DNA of 64,000 nucleotides from an uncultured candidatus Porisulfidus sp. (GTDB lineage Bacteria; Pseudomonadota; Gammaproteobacteria; Poriferisulfidales; Oxydemutatoraceae): NCBI GenBank assembly GCA_965215125.1, contig OZ244052.1, positions 1,952,001 to 2,016,000 of the forward strand, read 5' to 3'. Shown piece by piece: positions 61,804 to 64,000 of this stretch (position 1 is its first letter; each line of letters starts with the position of its first letter). The notes under the pieces were generated by a model. It saw only the letters and a program-made list of their open reading frames with translations, ran no database searches and was not told where the DNA came from. The position numbers and the translations under genes were made by a program.

Positions 61804-62814
61804 ATGTTTTTGAAAGATAAATTAAACAGACCGATACGCGACCTTAGAATCTCGGTTACCGACCGTTGTAATTTTCGCTGTACTTATTGTATGCCTAAGG
61901 AGATTTACGGGTCCCATTATCAATTTATGCGGCGCGACGAATTACTATCTTTCGAAGAGCTGGTTCGTGTGGTTGGTATATTTGCCGAACTCGGAGTTGT
62001 TAAAGTACGCATCACCGGTGGTGAACCGTTGGCGCGTCAGAATGTAGAGGTGTTGATCAAAATGATTGCACAAACAAAAGGTATCAAAGATATTAGCCTA
62101 ACCACCAACGCCTCCTTATTGACTGCCGACAAAGCACGGCGATTAAAAGAAGCCGGTTTGAAACGTCTTACCGTGAGTTTGGATGCACTCGACAACGAGG
62201 TCTTTATGAAAATGAACGATGTGAATTTTCCGGTCGATAAAATTCTAGAACATATAGACCATGCGAGCGGTGTCGGCTTCGAGACGATTAAAATTAATAT
62301 GGTGGTAGTAAAGGGGCGCAACGAAGATCAAGTTTTGGCTATGGCACACCGCTTTAGAGGGCGCGATTGTATACTCCGTTTTATCGAGTATATGGATGTA
62401 GGTGGTGGCAACCGATGGAAACTAGACCAGGTGGTGTCTACGGCCGACCTGATAAAGTTAATCAACGAGAAATTTCCTATAGAAGCAATCGCTGCCAACT
62501 ATGCGGGTGAGGTTGCGGAACGTTGGCGTTATCGGGATGGTCAAGGAGAGATCGGTTTTATTGCTTCGGTCTCGAAACCCTTTTGTCGCAGTTGCACACG
62601 CATTAGGCTATCTGCCGAAGGTAAACTCTATACCTGTTTATTTGCCTCCCGCGGCCACGATCTGCATCAATTGCTGGACTCAAACTATACCGACGATGAG
62701 CTCAAAAACTATATTATTGATCTGTGGACGCAACGCGAGGATCGTTATTCCGAGATACGCAACGCACAAACGGTCGCTCTTCCCAAAGTAGAAATGTCTT
62801 ATATCGGCGGCTAG
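61804..62814 (+). CDS. moaA: GTP 3',8-cyclase
   Basis: LRISVTDRCNFRCTYCMP, TGGEP, FC-x-x-C-x-R-x-R, C-terminal MSYIGG. Confidence 0.97.
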   Translation: MFLKDKLNRPIRDLRISVTDRCNFRCTYCMPKEIYGSHYQFMRRDELLSFEELVRVVGIFAELGVVKVRITGGEPLARQNVEVLIKMIAQTKGIKDISLTTNASLLTADKARRLKEAGLKRLTVSLDALDNEVFMKMNDVNFPVDKILEHIDHASGVGFETIKINMVVVKGRNEDQVLAMAHRFRGRDCILRFIEYMDVGGGNRWKLDQVVSTADLIKLINEKFPIEAIAANYAGEVAERWRYRDGQGEIGFIASVSKPFCRSCTRIRLSAEGKLYTCLFASRGHDLHQLLDSNYTDDELKNYIIDLWTQREDRYSEIRNAQTVALPKVEMSYIGG

Positions 62815-63998
62815 AGGGGTGAGTCGGCGCGAGGTGATGTCGCTTGATCGACGGTAGCAGGCGATAGTTCCACCTTTTGGTTGCTATTTAATTTTTCAAT
62901 GTCGCGGGCGACTACCCGTTCACCGCTTTCGATTCCACTCTCGACGATGATCGTATCGGCTACGCGCAAGCCTAGCACGACGGCTCTATTCTCCACGAGT
63001 TTGTCTTCGTTGACGACGAACAAAAAGGGTTGTCCGTCTATATATTGGATTGCGGTAACCGGCACGCTAATGGCATTGTCGTAGCGTTGCCCTTCGAGGG
63101 TAGCTTGTGCAGTCGCGCCGGCTTGCAAATCGGCACCGTCCAATCTAATTTTTACCTTATGGGTATTGGTTTCTTGATCGGGATTTTCTTGCAAAGCGAC
63201 GAGTGTGCCTTCGTAGTACTTTTTGCCTACGGTCACCGGCACCGTACTATTCAATTCTAAGGCACCCACTCGGGTATTACTCACATTTAGAACTAGGTCG
63301 TATTGCGATAAATCGACTAGCCGAACCACTTTTTTAGATCTACTCACATAGTCTCCTACCTCAATCATGACCTCGTTGACCGTGCCGCTAAACGGTGCGC
63401 TCAAGCCGGTGCGTTGCAGGTCGCGTTGTGCATGGCGTAGCAGACTGTCGTTTAAGACTAGGTCTATTTCGGCCCTCTTGATAGAGTGTTGCAATCTGAC
63501 CTGTTCGGAGCGAAAGTCTATAAGCTGTTTTTTCTCCGACTCCAGCAACGACGGTGAGATATGTTGTTTGGTCGATAGACTTTCGGCGCGCGCCACCTCG
63601 CGTTGTTGCATCGCAACATTTTCCATCGTAAGTTTTAGCAGTTCTTTGTCGTATTCTAATTGTGCGGCAACGCTGTCGCGACGCGCTTGCGCCTGCACAT
63701 AGGCATCGTAGTAATCACCCTCGTCTACGGCAAGCAGTACCTGTCCTTGTCTTACATACATTCCGGGTTCTACATAGCGAGCGACGATTTGTCCTTCAAC
63801 TTCAAATTCCAATTCGCTGACTTTAATAGGTTGCAAGCGTCCGGAAAGGGTATAGACAGGTGTGACGCTTTGTGGTTCGGCTATGACGGTTTCTACGGTC
63901 GCTAGAAAATTACTCTCTTTGGAAGCGATGGCTTGGGGACGAGTTTGTATCAATAGAACCGCAAGTAGTGCGCTCACGCATACTACTGCAAGGATCAT
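62811..63998 (-). CDS. RND efflux periplasmic adaptor; 5' end may extend beyond the window
   Basis: N-terminal TM, lipoyl halves V-x-PG-x-x-V-x-x-GQVL and APFSG-x-V, coiled hairpin, VVLG...GERVV. Confidence 0.85.
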   Translation of the reverse strand: MILAVVCVSALLAVLLIQTRPQAIASKESNFLATVETVIAEPQSVTPVYTLSGRLQPIKVSELEFEVEGQIVARYVEPGMYVRQGQVLLAVDEGDYYDAYVQAQARRDSVAAQLEYDKELLKLTMENVAMQQREVARAESLSTKQHISPSLLESEKKQLIDFRSEQVRLQHSIKRAEIDLVLNDSLLRHAQRDLQRTGLSAPFSGTVNEVMIEVGDYVSRSKKVVRLVDLSQYDLVLNVSNTRVGALELNSTVPVTVGKKYYEGTLVALQENPDQETNTHKVKIRLDGADLQAGATAQATLEGQRYDNAISVPVTAIQYIDGQPFLFVVNEDKLVENRAVVLGLRVADTIIVESGIESGERVVARDIEKLNSNQKVELSPATVDQATSPRADSPL

Positions 63999-64000
63999 AA

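Overview
Chromosomal segment of a gammaproteobacterium, judged from the uvrB, serS, mutL-miaA, purEK, hldE, slt and rimP-nusA-infB-rbfA-truB backbone. The accessory content suggests a host-associated marine lifestyle, such as an invertebrate symbiont (inference). Accessory parts: (i) a 5'-truncated giant cadherin-like repeat protein; (ii) a tetrahydromethanopterin/methanofuran cofactor-biosynthesis cluster; (iii) a five-gene tandem sulfotransferase array with mosaic homogenisation, one copy split by an IS256; (iv) about ten modular palindromic REP/MITE-like intergenic repeats; (v) a complete IS110 element inserted in the loop of one REP hairpin, whose CA core, circle-junction promoter and bridge-RNA-like target- and donor-binding loops can all be read from the sequence, plus empty target sites and a truncated second copy; (vi) three tandem large paralogues with an SptP/SicP-binding-like N-terminus, variable internal repeat number and, in two cases, C-terminal class I PDZ-binding motifs, which are candidate secreted effectors. 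No rRNA, tRNA or CRISPR array was seen. All family calls come from motif recognition, not database searches.
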